Assembly (NCBI GenBank): GCA_951406725.2
Contig: OX597819.1
Location: forward strand, 105,338,001-105,402,000
DNA from: Octopus vulgaris
Lineage: Eukaryota
DNA length: 64,000 nt
Direction: 5' to 3'
Below, in pieces: positions 1-12,324 of this stretch (within the stretch, counting starts at the first letter, position 1; each line of letters begins with the position of its first letter). Made by a program: the position numbers and the translations under genes. The notes below the pieces were generated by a model. The model saw nothing but the letters and a program-made list of their open reading frames with translations, did no database searches and had not been told where the DNA came from.

Positions 1-1653
1 ATATTTTTATATTTCAATTGTCATCATCATCATTGTCAGCACCTTAATTATTGTTGCTAGTGGTGATGGTGGTGGCAATAGAACTTTTAACCCTAAATAA
101 GATAATTTTCCTGCTATCTTCGTCTTGATCACCTTTAGTATTGTTGTTGTTGTTAGTGGTCATGGTCGTAGCAGTGGAAGTAATACCTCTAAGTATTATT
201 ATTATTGCTTATTTAGCTTGGGTTCGAATTTATCAATAAAATTCTTTTCTCTGATTTTCCTCTCGATTTCACTTGGGCTGTGTAATTTGTAGAATGGAAA
301 TATTATATATATTTTCCGACCACATGTTGCTAGGTGGTTACTCAAAGGTATCTGACGGACCTCTGGGTCTCTAATCTGTTGCCGGTGTACACGTGAGCGT
401 TCTAATAGTGCGTTTCCCGTCTGACCTACATATATTTCTTCACAATTTGGGCATTTGATGCAGTAAATTAAATTTCTGCTTTTGCAGTTCATATTCGCGT
501 TTGTGAATATTTTCCCGGTTTTTGTGTTTATATATTGACCGGTATGTATGAATTGGCATGTGCCACATCGGCTATCATTGCATTTAGATACCGTGAATGT
601 TTGGTCTTTGTTGCTGAGGTCAAATTTTGCCTTTGTTAGTAATGTTTTCAAGTTTTTAGGCTGTCTTTTACTAAGCACCATAGCTCGATCCTTGATTATG
701 TCTTTTAATTCATTACTTTGGGCAATGATTGGTAGGTTTGCTTTGGCAATGTTGAAGATATTCTGGTGACATGGGTTGTGTGTCACTATGAATGGTATGA
801 CTTGTTCTTGTTTTCCTCTTCCTTGGGTTGTCCTAAGTTGTTGTATAGGTATTTTTATAGCCCGCTGTATGCCATTTTCTATAAGTAGAGATGGGTATTT
901 TTGTTTGAGCAAAAATTCTCTTAGTTCTATTAGGCGTTTGTTCCTGATATTTGCATCTTCTACAATAGTACAAATTCTTCTGGCTAGGCAGTATGGGATG
1001 TTACGTTTTGTATGTGGTGGATGGCACGACTTAAAATTTAGGTATTGATGTGTGTGTGTGTGTTTATAGTATATATCTGTGGTGATGGTGGTGTCTTTTT
1101 TAATTACCATTATATCCAGGAATGGTAATTTGGTACTACTCATCTCCTTTGTAAATTTGAGAGATGGGTGTAGGTTGTTCAGGAGGATATTGAACTCTTC
1201 CAGAGTATTTAGAGATTCTGTCCAGATTATGAAACAGTCGTCTAGGTATCTCTTCCATGCCTTTTCAATATACTTTCTAAGTCCAGTGCCATAGTTTACC
1301 TCCACCTCTTGGTAGAGTTGTTCTTCTAAGTATCCCATTACAGAGTTGGCGTAAACGGGAGCAAACCTCGTTCCCATCGCCGTGCCTCTAATTTGGATGT
1401 AATTCTTTCCATTGAAGAAGAATGTGTTATTTTCTAGAATAAGTTTGACTGTGTCTAATATAAATGGCACTGTGAATCTGCTGGGAATCACTTCTCTATG
1501 TTTTTCTAACCAGTATTTAATCGCCTTTATTCCTAAATCGTGTGGAATATTGGTGTAGAGGCTTACCACATCAAAACTTAGTAAAACTGAATTTGTTTCT
1601 GTTGTTTTGGGAAGATGGGACAGGAAGTCGATGTCATCCCTGATGAAACTTGG
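1..1653 (-). mobile_element. Inverted partial copy of the Penelope-like element (RT core, GIY-YIG, part of 3' UTR); runs off the window's left edge
   Basis: Reverse complement of 3374-5026 (paired positions sum to 5027). ORF 202..1710(-) matches the C-terminal ~480 aa of ORF 2915..4825 except GTGLRK vs GTGFRK and HTHTH vs HTDTH. Confidence 0.95.
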
Positions 1654-2591
1654 CATATAAATGCGAAAAATATGCTGAAATACATTCGAAATGGATATCT
1701 TTAGCGGCACCCATACTTCCTCGGAAGTACCTAATTAAAGAAATTGCAGGAGAACCAGAGGAAGAAACTAAACTTCGATGGGACCTTAGTTTGATAAAAT
1801 TCAGGACCGACATCTCCATTACCCTGTCTAAACAATCCCGCTACAAAGCCAAATACGAAGCTATCGATGATCAAATCAGAGATGAAATATCCAAACTAAC
1901 GACCGGCAATATAGCAGAAAAAATGCGAGAACTATGGATCAGAGATATCTCAAAAGAAGAAAGCAGATCAAGAAAGTTTTGGCAGCGGAAACAATTATTT
2001 CTCGACAAATATGCTACAAATTACGGTAAAGACACCAGAACTCCGAGAAATAGCATTAAAAGTGGACAACCTCACCAACGCAACATACACCAGAACACGT
2101 GGCAACATGAACACCCGTTTCACCACGAATCGAAGACGAACTACGGTAAGAACTCTTCCCATTTTGTATGCAAACACCCTAATGCACACAACATGAACAA
2201 AAAGCACAAACAAAATAGATATTGTTTTGAACAGACCATTAGCAGTAGAAATAACAGGAGATCATTTTCAAGACCTCAACAGAGATTACCCACAAGAAAC
2301 TGGACAAAAAACCGATCTAGATCTAGAAGTAAACCCAGATCATTTCTCCAGGTGGTTAAAAACAATGCTAACAAGAAATTGAAAAGTAGCATACATAATA
2401 CCAAAAACAAGACAGAAAACATAACGAAACCAAGTAAAGTACCACAACCAAAACGCAAAATTCATCAAGCAAACATCAACAGGAATATAAATCATAACCA
2501 GAAAAAAATCCATTTTTTTACGTCAGGACAACAAACACCGGAGAAAGAAAAAATCCAAGAGGAAACATACCCCAAACAACTGAACGTATAG
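1650..2591 (+). CDS. PLE upstream reading frame (N-terminal region, 5'-truncated at the inversion junction); helical acidic/basic block then K/R/N-rich low-complexity region
   Basis: 313-codon open frame starting at the inversion junction, same A-rich composition as the RT frame, overlapping it at 2498-2591. Confidence 0.7.
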   Translation: MAYKCEKYAEIHSKWISLAAPILPRKYLIKEIAGEPEEETKLRWDLSLIKFRTDISITLSKQSRYKAKYEAIDDQIRDEISKLTTGNIAEKMRELWIRDISKEESRSRKFWQRKQLFLDKYATNYGKDTRTPRNSIKSGQPHQRNIHQNTWQHEHPFHHESKTNYGKNSSHFVCKHPNAHNMNKKHKQNRYCFEQTISSRNNRRSFSRPQQRLPTRNWTKNRSRSRSKPRSFLQVVKNNANKKLKSSIHNTKNKTENITKPSKVPQPKRKIHQANINRNINHNQKKIHFFTSGQQTPEKEKIQEETYPKQLNV

Positions 2592-4825
2592 ATCCTAAAA
2601 TAATTAATTTATCAAAAAGAGATCTTGACAATGATGAAATCCAACTTCTGTCAAAAGGACTGAAATTCACACCTACACCAACAGCCAACCACCAAGAATT
2701 AAAGGAGGATATCCAAAAATTCTGTCGAAAATTACGACTTGTAGAATTCTTCGCTAACAAAAGTAATGAGATTGATGAATCCCTAGTAAGGAATAAATCA
2801 AATTTCACCCCACCAAAAGGAAGAAATAACTACCTTGACCAATACATTGATATCCTGTCTAAATTTCCCCTTAGACGCAATACCAATGTTAGGCCAAACA
2901 TTAGCAAATCAGAGATGTCTGCATGTAAACGTATACAAAACGATCAAACAATAATAATTAAACAAGCAGATAAAGGTGGTGCAATTGTTATTATGGATAC
3001 CGAATACTATAAGGATTTGGTTGAAGACCAACTGAAGGATACAACCTTCTATTGTGAAATACCCGCAAATATAGACCACCACATCATGAAAAAGATCAAC
3101 AACCTGATTTCAACACACCACAACTCACTTACGGATAATGAAAAAGACTACATCACCAATTTTGAACCAAAACCCAGCAACTTCTACGGCTTACCAAAAA
3201 TACACAAATCAAAAAACATTCAACAGGCAGTAAAAGAACAAGAAAGTGAGTACATAAAATTATTACATCCAAAAGACCTAAAACTTAGACCTATTATAGC
3301 TGGTCCAGCATGCCCTACACACCGTCTAAGCAATTTTATTGACATTGTTTTGAAACCACTATGTACTTACATACCAAGTTTCATCAGGGATGACATCGAC
3401 TTCCTGTCCCATCTTCCCAAAACAACAGAAACAAATTCAGTTTTACTAAGTTTTGATGTGGTAAGCCTCTACACCAATATTCCACACGATTTAGGAATAA
3501 AGGCGATTAAATACTGGTTAGAAAAACATAGAGAAGTGATTCCCAGCAGATTCACAGTGCCATTTATATTAGACACAGTCAAACTTATTCTAGAAAATAA
3601 CACATTCTTCTTCAATGGAAAGAATTACATCCAAATTAGAGGCACGGCGATGGGAACGAGGTTTGCTCCCGTTTACGCCAACTCTGTAATGGGATACTTA
3701 GAAGAACAACTCTACCAAGAGGTGGAGGTAAACTATGGCACTGGATTTAGAAAGTATATTGAAAAGGCATGGAAGAGATACCTAGACGACTGTTTCATAA
3801 TCTGGACAGAATCTCTAAATACTCTGGAAGAGTTCAATATCCTCCTGAACAACCTACACCCATCTCTCAAATTTACAAAGGAGATGAGTAGTACCAAATT
3901 ACCATTCCTGGATATAATGGTAATTAAAAAAGACACCACCATCACCACAGATATATACTATAAACACACAGACACACATCAATACCTAAATTTTAAGTCG
4001 TGCCATCCACCACATACAAAACGTAACATCCCATACTGCCTAGCCAGAAGAATTTGTACTATTGTAGAAGATGCAAATATCAGGAACAAACGCCTAATAG
4101 AACTAAGAGAATTTTTGCTCAAACAAAAATACCCATCTCTACTTATAGAAAATGGCATACAGCGGGCTATAAAAATACCTATACAACAACTTAGGACAAC
4201 CCAAGGAAGAGGAAAACAAGAACAAGTCATACCATTCATAGTGACACACAACCCATGTCACCAGAATATCTTCAACATTGCCAAAGCAAACCTACCAATC
4301 ATTGCCCAAAGTAATGAATTAAAAGACATAATCAAGGATCGAGCTATGGTGCTTAGTAAAAGACAGCCTAAAAACTTGAAAACATTACTAACAAAGGCAA
4401 AATTTGACCTCAGCAACAAAGACCAAACATTCACGGTATCTAAATGCAATGATAGCCGATGTGGCACATGCCAATTCATACATACCGGTCAATATATAAA
4501 CACAAAAACCGGGAAAATATTCACAAACGCGAATATGAACTGCAAAAGCAGAAATTTAATTTACTGCATCAAATGCCCAAATTGTGAAGAAATATATGTA
4601 GGTCAGACGGGAAACGCACTATTAGAACGCTCACGTGTACACCGGCAACAGATTAGAGACCCAGAGGTCCGTCAGATACCTTTGAGTAACCACCTAGCAA
4701 CATGTGGTCGGAAAATATATATAATATTTCCATTCTACAAATTACACAGCCCAAGTGAAATCGAGAGGAAAATCAGAGAAAAGAATTTTATTGATAAATT
4801 CGAACCCAAGCTAAATAAGCAATAA
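2498..4825 (+). CDS. PLE reverse transcriptase + GIY-YIG endonuclease; frame open from 2498, first ATG at 2915
   Basis: Manual translation upstream of 2915 has no stop back to TAA 2495-2497 and encodes conserved IINLS and LSKGLKFTPTP; RT and EN motifs intact. Confidence 0.93.
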   Translation, partial: PEKNPFFYVRTTNTGERKNPRGNIPQTTERIDPKIINLSKRDLDNDEIQLLSKGLKFTPTPTANHQELKEDIQKFCRKLRLVEFFANKSNEIDESLVRNKSNFTPPKGRNNYLDQYIDILSKFPLRRNTNVRPNISKSEMSACKRIQNDQTIIIKQADKGGAIVIMDTEYYKDLVEDQLKDTTFYCEIPANIDHHIMKKINNLISTHHNSLTDNEKDYITNFEPKPSNFYGLPKIHKSKNIQQAVKEQESEYIKLLHPKDLKLRPIIAGPACPTHRLSNFIDIVLKPLCTYIPSFIRDDIDFLSHLPKTTETNSVLLSFDVVSLYTNIPHDLGIKAIKYWLEKHREVIPSRFTVPFILDTVKLILENNTFFFNGKNYIQIRGTAMGTRFAPVYANSVMGYLEEQLYQEVEVNYGTGFRKYIEKAWKRYLDDCFIIWTESLNTLEEFNILLNNLHPSLKFTKEMSSTKLPFLDIMVIKKDTTITTDIYYKHTDTHQYLNFKSCHPPHTKRNIPYCLARRICTIVEDANIRNKRLIELREFLLKQKYPSLLIENGIQRAIKIPIQQLRTTQGRGKQEQVIPFIVTHNPCHQNIFNIAKANLPIIAQSNELKDIIKDRAMVLSKRQPKNLKTLLTKAKFDLSNKDQTFTVSKCNDSRCGTCQFIHTGQYINTKTGKIFTNANMNCKSRNLIYCIKCPNCEEIYVGQTGNALLERSRVHRQQIRDPEVRQIPLSNHLATCGRKIYIIFPFYKLHSPSEIERKIREKNFIDKFEPKLNKQ

Positions 4826-5142
4826 TAATAATACTTAGAGGTATTACTTCCACTGCTACGACCATGACCACTAACAACAACAACAATACTAAAGGTGATC
4901 AAGACGAAGATAGCAGGAAAATTATCTTATTTAGGGTTAAAAGTTCTATTGCCACCACCATCACCACTAGCAACAATAATTAAGGTGCTGACAATGATGA
5001 TGATGACAATTGAAATATAAAAATATAAAAATCTCTGACAAAGGATATTTACAACATTTCTAAAAATAACCCAACAATTGCTGCTTCGGCCAGGGTCAAG
5101 ATACAGGACTCTTGACCTGTCCAACAAAGCGTGATGCCTAAA

Positions 5143-5284
5143 CCAATCAGCTCAACCAACCAATCAGCTTAAGTAATTGAGTGATACTACACACTGATTG
5201 GTCAGAATACAGTTTGCAAAACCTAGCACTCTGGAGCCTACCCAGCTGTATTTATAGCACAGAATCACTCATCTTGCTACAGTC
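5143..5284 (+). promoter_or_regulatory. Putative Pol II promoter in the PLE terminal repeat
   Basis: CCAATCAG at 5143 and 5160, reverse CTGATTGG ending 5201, TATTTATA 5249-5256, Inr-like ACAGTC about 30 nt downstream. Confidence 0.55.
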
Positions 5285-5319
5285 AAAAATTGTGAAGCAT
5301 GACTGTCAACACTACTACA

Positions 5320-5364
5320 TGAACCCGAAGATTGCAGAATTCAATGCATGAAAGTACTAGTTCA
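5320..5364 (+). ncRNA. Minimal type I hammerhead ribozyme motif (CCGAAGA core) in the PLE terminal repeat
   Basis: UGAAC-CCGAAGA-U UGCA gaauucaa UGCA U-GAAA-GUAC-UA-GUUCA: 5-bp stem I, 4-bp stem II closed by U.U, palindromic AGUACU stem III. Confidence 0.75.
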
Positions 5365-5493
5365 ATCAGAATGAATATTTAACATTCTACTATTTCATTT
5401 TATTTTATTCAATTATAATATATTATCTTATAATATATCATTATAAGATTGTAAATAAAACGTGAAAATCAGACAAGGTTGGAATTCTTTTTA

Positions 5494-5558
<65 letters not shown>

Positions 5559-5666
5559 ATCACATGACCGACCAGTCCATCAGATGTAGTTACACATCGC
5601 TGGTCACAATGCGTTCGCATTGTTTTAGCCTTCGAATGACGCCACCCCGCTGGCTAAGCGAGCAGG

Positions 5667-5721
<55 letters not shown>

Positions 5722-5866
5722 TATATGTGTATAGAACATCACAAACCGTAAACAACATGAAATACGAAAGCAAAAGAGTCGAATTCATAAACAGCGAGAG
5801 AAACAAGTGGGAAACAGGACAAGTAAAATAAAGAACGGCACTTCATCAGTTGTCGGTTGGCCGTGT

Positions 5867-5908
<42 letters not shown>

Positions 5909-5924
5909 GTGTGTGTGTGTGTGT

Positions 5925-6150
5925 GTCTGTATGTGTGTATGCTTGTTCTCCAACATCGCATAACAACCAGTGCAGGTGTGTTTACGCTCCACTAACTTAG
6001 AGAGGTTCGACAGCGAAACCGATAGAATAAATTCCAGGCTTTAAATAAATAAACGTGCTGGGAACGATCCATTCGACTAAAAGATCCTCCAAGCCGGTGC
6101 CTCAGCACGACTGCAGTCTAATGACTGACACAAATTAAAATAAAAGATAA
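5925..6150 (+). mobile_element. Diverged 3' half of SINE family A (type copy 53801-54220)
   Basis: Matches ...ggtgtgtttacg..cttag..gttcg..gatagaataa...tgactga.acaa.taaaa. Confidence 0.75.
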
Positions 6151-6384
6151 CAACAAAGGAAACGAAGTTTTGTTCGTTGTTGCTCTTATAATAGTAGTTG
6201 TGTTCAGTGGCGGCTGTAAGTGTTTCCGGTGTAGGTTCAGACTGAAAATCTTTAGTGTTCTTTGACTATTAATATTTTATAACTCTAATAGTTTTATTCA
6301 GATTTGATGAGTGATAGAGACATCGTTCAACAGAATGCAAAATATTTGGTTTCTGGAATTTAGGGTGACTACAAATGAAATATT

Positions 6385-6617
6385 ACTTATTTCTTTATTG
6401 CCCGCAAGGGGATAAATATAGAGGGGACAAACAAGGACAGACAAAGGGATTAAGTCGACTACATCAACCCCAGTGCGTAACTGGTACTTATTTAATCGAC
6501 CCCGAAAGGATGAAAGGCAAAATCGACCTTGGCGGAATCTGAACTCAGAACGTAACGGCAGACGAAATGCTGCTAAGCATTTCGCCCGGCGTGCTAACAT
6601 TTCTGCCAACTCGCCGC
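6385..6617 (-). mobile_element. tRNA-derived SINE family B (ggcggcgagytggcagaa...gagttcaaattccgcc...)
   Basis: A/B-box-like head on minus strand; close match to 63785-64000. Confidence 0.85.
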
Positions 6618-6730
6618 TGTGACAAATGAAATATTTCTGTTTATGTCTTCATCCTCATTGTAAGAGTGTCTTTGTAAGGGAGTGGGATTTATATTGCCTT
6701 GGTTATGGCATTATACATACATACATACAT

Positions 6731-6811
<81 letters not shown>

Positions 6812-6911
6812 TGTATGTATGTATGTGTGTATGTATGTATGTATGTATGTATGTAAGTATGTATGTATGTATGTATGTATGTATGTATGTATGTGTGTGC
6901 GTGTGTGTGTG

Positions 6912-7215
6912 TGAAGGTGCGTGGCTCAGTGGTTAGAGCGTCGGGCTCACAATCATGAGGCAGTAAATTCGATTCCATTACCGGGTTGTGTGTTGTGTTC
7001 TTAAGCAAGACACTTTATTTCACGTTGCTCCAGTTCACTCAGCTGTAGAAATGAGTTGCGACGTCACTGGTGCCAAGCTGTATCGATCTTTGCCTTTCCT
7101 TTCTATAACATCGGTAGCGTGGAGAGGGGAGGCTGGTATGCATGGGCGACTGCTGCTCTTCCATAAACAACCTTGCCCGGACTGTACCTCGGGGCGGGTG
7201 GGGGGAACTTTCTAT
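6912..7215 (+). mobile_element. tRNA-derived SINE family C
   Basis: Head gtggctcagtggttagagcgtcgggctcacaatcatgagg...ttcgattcc (A and B boxes), then CORE-like ttgtgttcttaagcaagacacttta. Confidence 0.8.
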
Positions 7216-7239
7216 GTGTTACCCTTTATATATACATAT

Positions 7240-8200
7240 ATTTTTTTCTGATATTTTTAGCTCTGGAGTAATACTTTTAGATCTTCAAAATCTCCCTCGT
7301 CTGGTTGACTTTGTAAATTATCGAACATTTTAAATGTAATATTTTTATTAAGATCAGTTCCTGGTACGTATCCTCTTCCTTGCAGCAGTAATCAGTCAAA
7401 ATTATCTCATTTTTTTAGTTATTTGAATTTCGAGAAATAGAAATTTTTTCATTCATTTCCATCTTGAGTTTAATCGATTCATGAATGTTGTTAATACATT
7501 TTTGAAATCATGTAAGATTTTTCATATTTCTATTCCAAATATATAAAACATAGATCAAAAAGTATTTTGAAGAGTATTTTAAATAAGCTTTGAAACTCTG
7601 GTAACAAATAACCTCTACTAAAGATTGCCTTCTAAAAGCCACATTCTAGCGTTGCATAAGTGGGCGCGATTTTTATGCTCATAACCAGCCTTTTTATTTG
7701 AAATATAACTTGGTTCTCTTCTATTGATATTGTTTGTAAATTGTTTACAGAAGAATTATCGTTAGTTGTAGTTGAGTTTGTTTTGGTATAATTTATCGAA
7801 TTTCTGTTCGATTTTGATTACGTCTACATTTTAGTGGATATGAGTTTGTCGCTTCTTGACTACTTTGTAGGCGTTATGGTTCTTTCTGTTGTTACCAAAT
7901 TGTGTATTTTCCTAGAGAGATTTTTGCATTATAGTTTTAATATTTGCTAATTCTTTTACGTACTTGGTTTCATAATTCTGCAGCTATTTTATATTATTTT
8001 ACTTCTTGTCTTTGTAGACCTAATAATATTTCTTCGAGTCTTTCTATTTGTACGTCTAGAAATTTCTTCCTGCATAACAGAATCACATTTTTCGGATTTG
8101 CTTTTGAATTTAGGTACTCGGAGTTGGAGTAGGGCGATTTCCTTTCCAAATTTCGAAAGTGGCGGTTTATTCAGTTTTTAATGTAATATACTTTAATGGA
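7240..8200 (-). pseudogene. Degenerate PLE reverse transcriptase remnant
   Basis: Frameshifted minus-strand peptides KIAPTYATL (cf. RFAPVYAN), NNIHESIKLKMEM (cf. NNLHPSLKFTKEM), FLEIQITKK, ILTDYCCKEEDTYQ (cf. TTDIYYKHTDTHQ). Outer boundaries approximate. Confidence 0.7.
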
Positions 8201-9637
8201 CATTGAATCAAAGAAGTATGAAAACGAGTCTTTACTATTTTGTCAGGGAGGGTAAATAGCGCTGACGAGCCTTTATTTTTTCAGGCCCCCAAGACTAGTG
8301 GGAAGAAGACAGCAAGATATCCTCATACTGGAGACCGAGTCGAATTCTTGCAACAAAATGAAATTCACTGAACGCACCCAAGGACCAGGCGGTGTTGTTA
8401 AACAGAGCGAATTTAAGATTAAGTCTGCTCCACCAAATTCTCGGAACAGAAAAGGCCAGAACAAATACTGCAAATACTGTCCAACTCTTTAACATTCTGC
8501 CAAACCGCCTTGGAGTGATGCTTTATTTTATTGGCCCTCGGATGAATGAAAGGCAAAGTTAATCTCAGCAAGATTTGAACTCAGAGCGCAGAGATCTAGA
8601 ACAAAGATCCGCAAAGCTCTTTGTTAATTCTAATTCCTGATAAAACATAATTATAGATTTATATATTTATCATATATATAATTAGAGGAAGCGGGTAGAG
8701 ATAAATGAGAAAATGAAAGGAGATAAACCTTATAGTATAAAGAAAACCTATATAATTGATTGTTTATATAACGGGTTGTTTACAAAATGGTGGTTAATAA
8801 GTGAAAGAAGAAAGAAGTGAGGGAACTAATAGAAAAAGAATTCAGAAAAGGGAAGGTGCAAACGAAAAAGAGAAAAGACAACATGCTTTAGAACATTATA
8901 TAGGGAAGCTGTGTGAATGATATTTGTAAAATATTGAATGTTGCGGTATAAGTTATTTATAAAAAGATCGAGTTTAACAACTGAAATGCAATAGATAGGG
9001 TTTTTAATCTTTATAGAATACATGTAATTAATTAACGGAAAGGTGATGACGTATTGTAATTCTTCAGCAAAAATGAAACTCTTTGTTTACATAATGAGAT
9101 AAGCTCGAGATTTCCATTGAGTATATTTTTACCGTGATAGAATAAGATTACACATATCTGTAAATTATACAAGTTCTCTCTAAAACAAAAGATATTATGC
9201 AATGAAACAGTTTTCCTTAGATTTCTTTTATCGCCATCAACTTTCCATTCATATTTATATCTTGTAAAATTTATATAGTTTTTCCTTCTTTCCTATCTCC
9301 TCTCTTTTCTTTCACTATTTTCCATTTTCTTCGCGTAATTATCTTTTTCTCCGTCATTTACTCGTCTACATTTCTGTATATAACCGATGTATAAAACGAC
9401 ATTTCTATACGTTTACAACAACCAATAAAATCAAATACTTTTACTTTCAAATACTTAGTGACCTTTAAATGGCACTTAACTCAATTACGCCTTGCTTAAT
9501 TACTAATACCTGATAAACTTATCGATGAAACTTAAATGTTGTGTTAGTAAAGTTTCACTTTCCGTTAAATATATTCTACGCTTCGTATTGAAATGTTTTT
9601 CTCGAGATTGCATGTAGTAAAGTTTATTCATGACTTT

Positions 9638-9901
<264 letters not shown>

Positions 9902-10117
9902 TGACGGATGTGATGTCGTTTCAGCTCCGAAGGTAATCATTTATTTTGACTATTTAAAAGTGTATATTGACAAACATTTTGTGCTTAAAAGTTGTGCAAC
10001 AACATCCACTGTAAACCTTTGATAAATATCGACACAAAATTTTGCCTTTGTGGGCAAAATTTAAAAGAAAAAATTCTCATAGCCTTCGTGGTTTCATTTA
10101 GCCATTTTATTTCCAAA

Positions 10118-12282
10118 ATGGCCACTGGCCACCACGAGGCTGAGGTGCAAGTCAAGCGTGACGCACAAACAGAAAAACAGGATGCTCTGTTAGCATACGC
10201 CGAACCTGATAACTCCACCACCATCAACAGCAACAAATACAAAACAAAGGTCGCAAGGCCAAGCACCGTCAACACCATCAGTGAGTCCACCACCACCACC
10301 AACACCATGGCAGAATCTGCTACTAAAACTGCTATCCCTACTAAAGATATCGCCACCAATAACAACACCAACATCACCATCACCGCCACCAAAGACCGTG
10401 CCGTCAATGCTACTAATACTACCAACACCACCGCCGTCACCAAGAACGACAATAACAACAACAACAACAACAACAACAACGACGACAACAACAATTCCCT
10501 TCAACCACTGCTCACTCCATCACCAACAAGTGAAAAAATAACGACGACAAGCAAACGAAATGTCGAAATTTGCCCTAGTGCAGGACTAAAGTACGCAGGC
10601 AATTTTCCACCCCTTCCTACTTGCACGATCGAACCAAACACACCAATTTTACAAACTGCAGCCAACAACAACATCACCACAAGCAACAACAATAACAAAA
10701 CAACAACAAATTTCGCTGAGGCGATTAAAGAAAAAACAACAACAATATACTTTACGGCTCAACAAATACAGGACACGAACATCAAAATAACAGAATCAGA
10801 AGGTATAGTAAAAATAAACATACCAGAAGACATTTTGGAAAATGAAAAAAGACGAACAATCATTTATAAAATAGTTAACAAAAAAACAAAAATCCCAGAG
10901 AAGGCCAACACAAGCAAAATAGAGAAGTGCTTGAAACCCATCTGGGATCACAAAGAATATGTAACCTGGTGGAACAAATTTGCCCACATACAAGTTGTTT
11001 TCTACACCGAAGAGTTAGCTAGACATTTCTCAACGCTAACTCTTCACTCAGATGAACTCCAACTTACACCAAGCTATCGGGGACAGAAAGTGACTAAGAT
11101 CACTCTAAACAATGTCCCCAAAATAGCCAATAGTCTATGGCTTGTAAAGGCCTTATGCGTAAAAATGGCGAATTATACTATTTTGGAAACCACAGTCACA
11201 GAGCATAAAAACTGGGTGGGAAAAAAAATAGAATTTCTTCTACACATACATCATGAAGATATAAAAAAAATACCCACCCAGATATGTGTATCAGACGACC
11301 ACAAGTTATATGTGGTCGTCGATGGCAGAAGACCACGTTGCTACATATGCGGCAGTGAGCAACACCTAAAAAAAGACTGCAAATCTGCCGCAAGAAAACA
11401 ACAGCAACAACAACAGCAGCCGGAAACAAAAACAAATAAACAAGGTTTACTACCCACACCACTTTTTGCAGGAACAAACCTCACCAAACAAACAACCACA
11501 CCAACTGCAGCACCAAGAACAGAAGCAGCATCACCAACAACAACAACCAAGAATATACCAACTCCCAAACCAAGGACATCTGCCAAAAAGACACCCAGCA
11601 AAAATGAAGAAACAATTACAACTCCAAATCCCCACAAAATTGAGACCCTAAACAACACAACAATACCCACAATCACTCAAACACATAATACCCAAACCCC
11701 ACATCCCAAACCGCATACACCACAACCAAACGCTCACCAACCAACACCAACAACAAAACCAACACAGTCGACAATAGACCCCAATACTTTCCCTCTTCCA
11801 GACTCCGATTCGTCTGATCTGTCATTAGACGAAGAAGACACGGAAGATTGGCAAATAGCCACAGGGGGGAGAAGAAAAAGGGAAAAAAAAGAAAAGAAAA
11901 AATAACAAACAAAGCGGGAAGATACACCACTCCCGAAACAAAAACATCCACAGAAAACACACACATCAACACAAACACACCATCATCAAACCCCCCAAAA
12001 ATGTTGACAGCCATTAACACAAACAACTACGACCTAATGGAACACATTAGGTCAAACACTAACATTACTGAAAACGACATAAAAACAAGTAACCACCCAC
12101 ACACAACACCACCACAACACATTAAAATAATACACGTGACACAGAACACATACAGCACCCTGAAATCTCTTTACCCTGATGCAGTAGGGAGATTTCAAAA
12201 GTACTCATCGAAAAAACTGTATAAAAGCCTCATAGAAGAAGACCGTGAGGTGAAAGACAAAGAACTTTCGAAAAACAAGTAA
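10118..12282 (+). CDS. Tx1 ORF1 (gag-like nucleic acid-binding protein with CCHC knuckle); probable frameshift in A/G runs near 11865-11900
   Basis: aaaATGG start at 10118; CYICGSEQHLKKDC knuckle; T/N/P-rich tracts; ORF 11848..12282 continues in the same style to just before ORF2. Confidence 0.8.
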
Positions 12283-12324
12283 CCTTTTCTCTCTCCTTTT
12301 CCCTTTTTGCACTTTTATCGGAAC

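Larger units (their letters stand above)
1654..5496 (+). mobile_element. Penelope-like retroelement, Neptune-like, 5'-truncated, ending at (TA)n
   Basis: PLE motifs IINLS..LSKGLKFTPTP, IIIKQADKGG, FYGLPKIHK, LRPII, FDVVSLYTNIP, GTAMG, RYLDD, LPFLD, SCHP; Cys linker CNDSRCGTC; GIY-YIG NLIYCIKC..C...YVGQT; C-terminal PKLN; 3' UTR with promoter motifs and HHR, then (TA)n. Confidence 0.95.

Noticed and set aside
5737-5862. CUGAUGA on minus strand in a short inter-microsatellite unit
   Set aside because: No GAAA, stem III or cleavage site within the retained sequence.
6912-6990. tRNA-like sequences here and at 25414, 53801 and 55528
   Set aside because: SINE heads continuing into repeat bodies without a proper acceptor stem; not tRNA genes.
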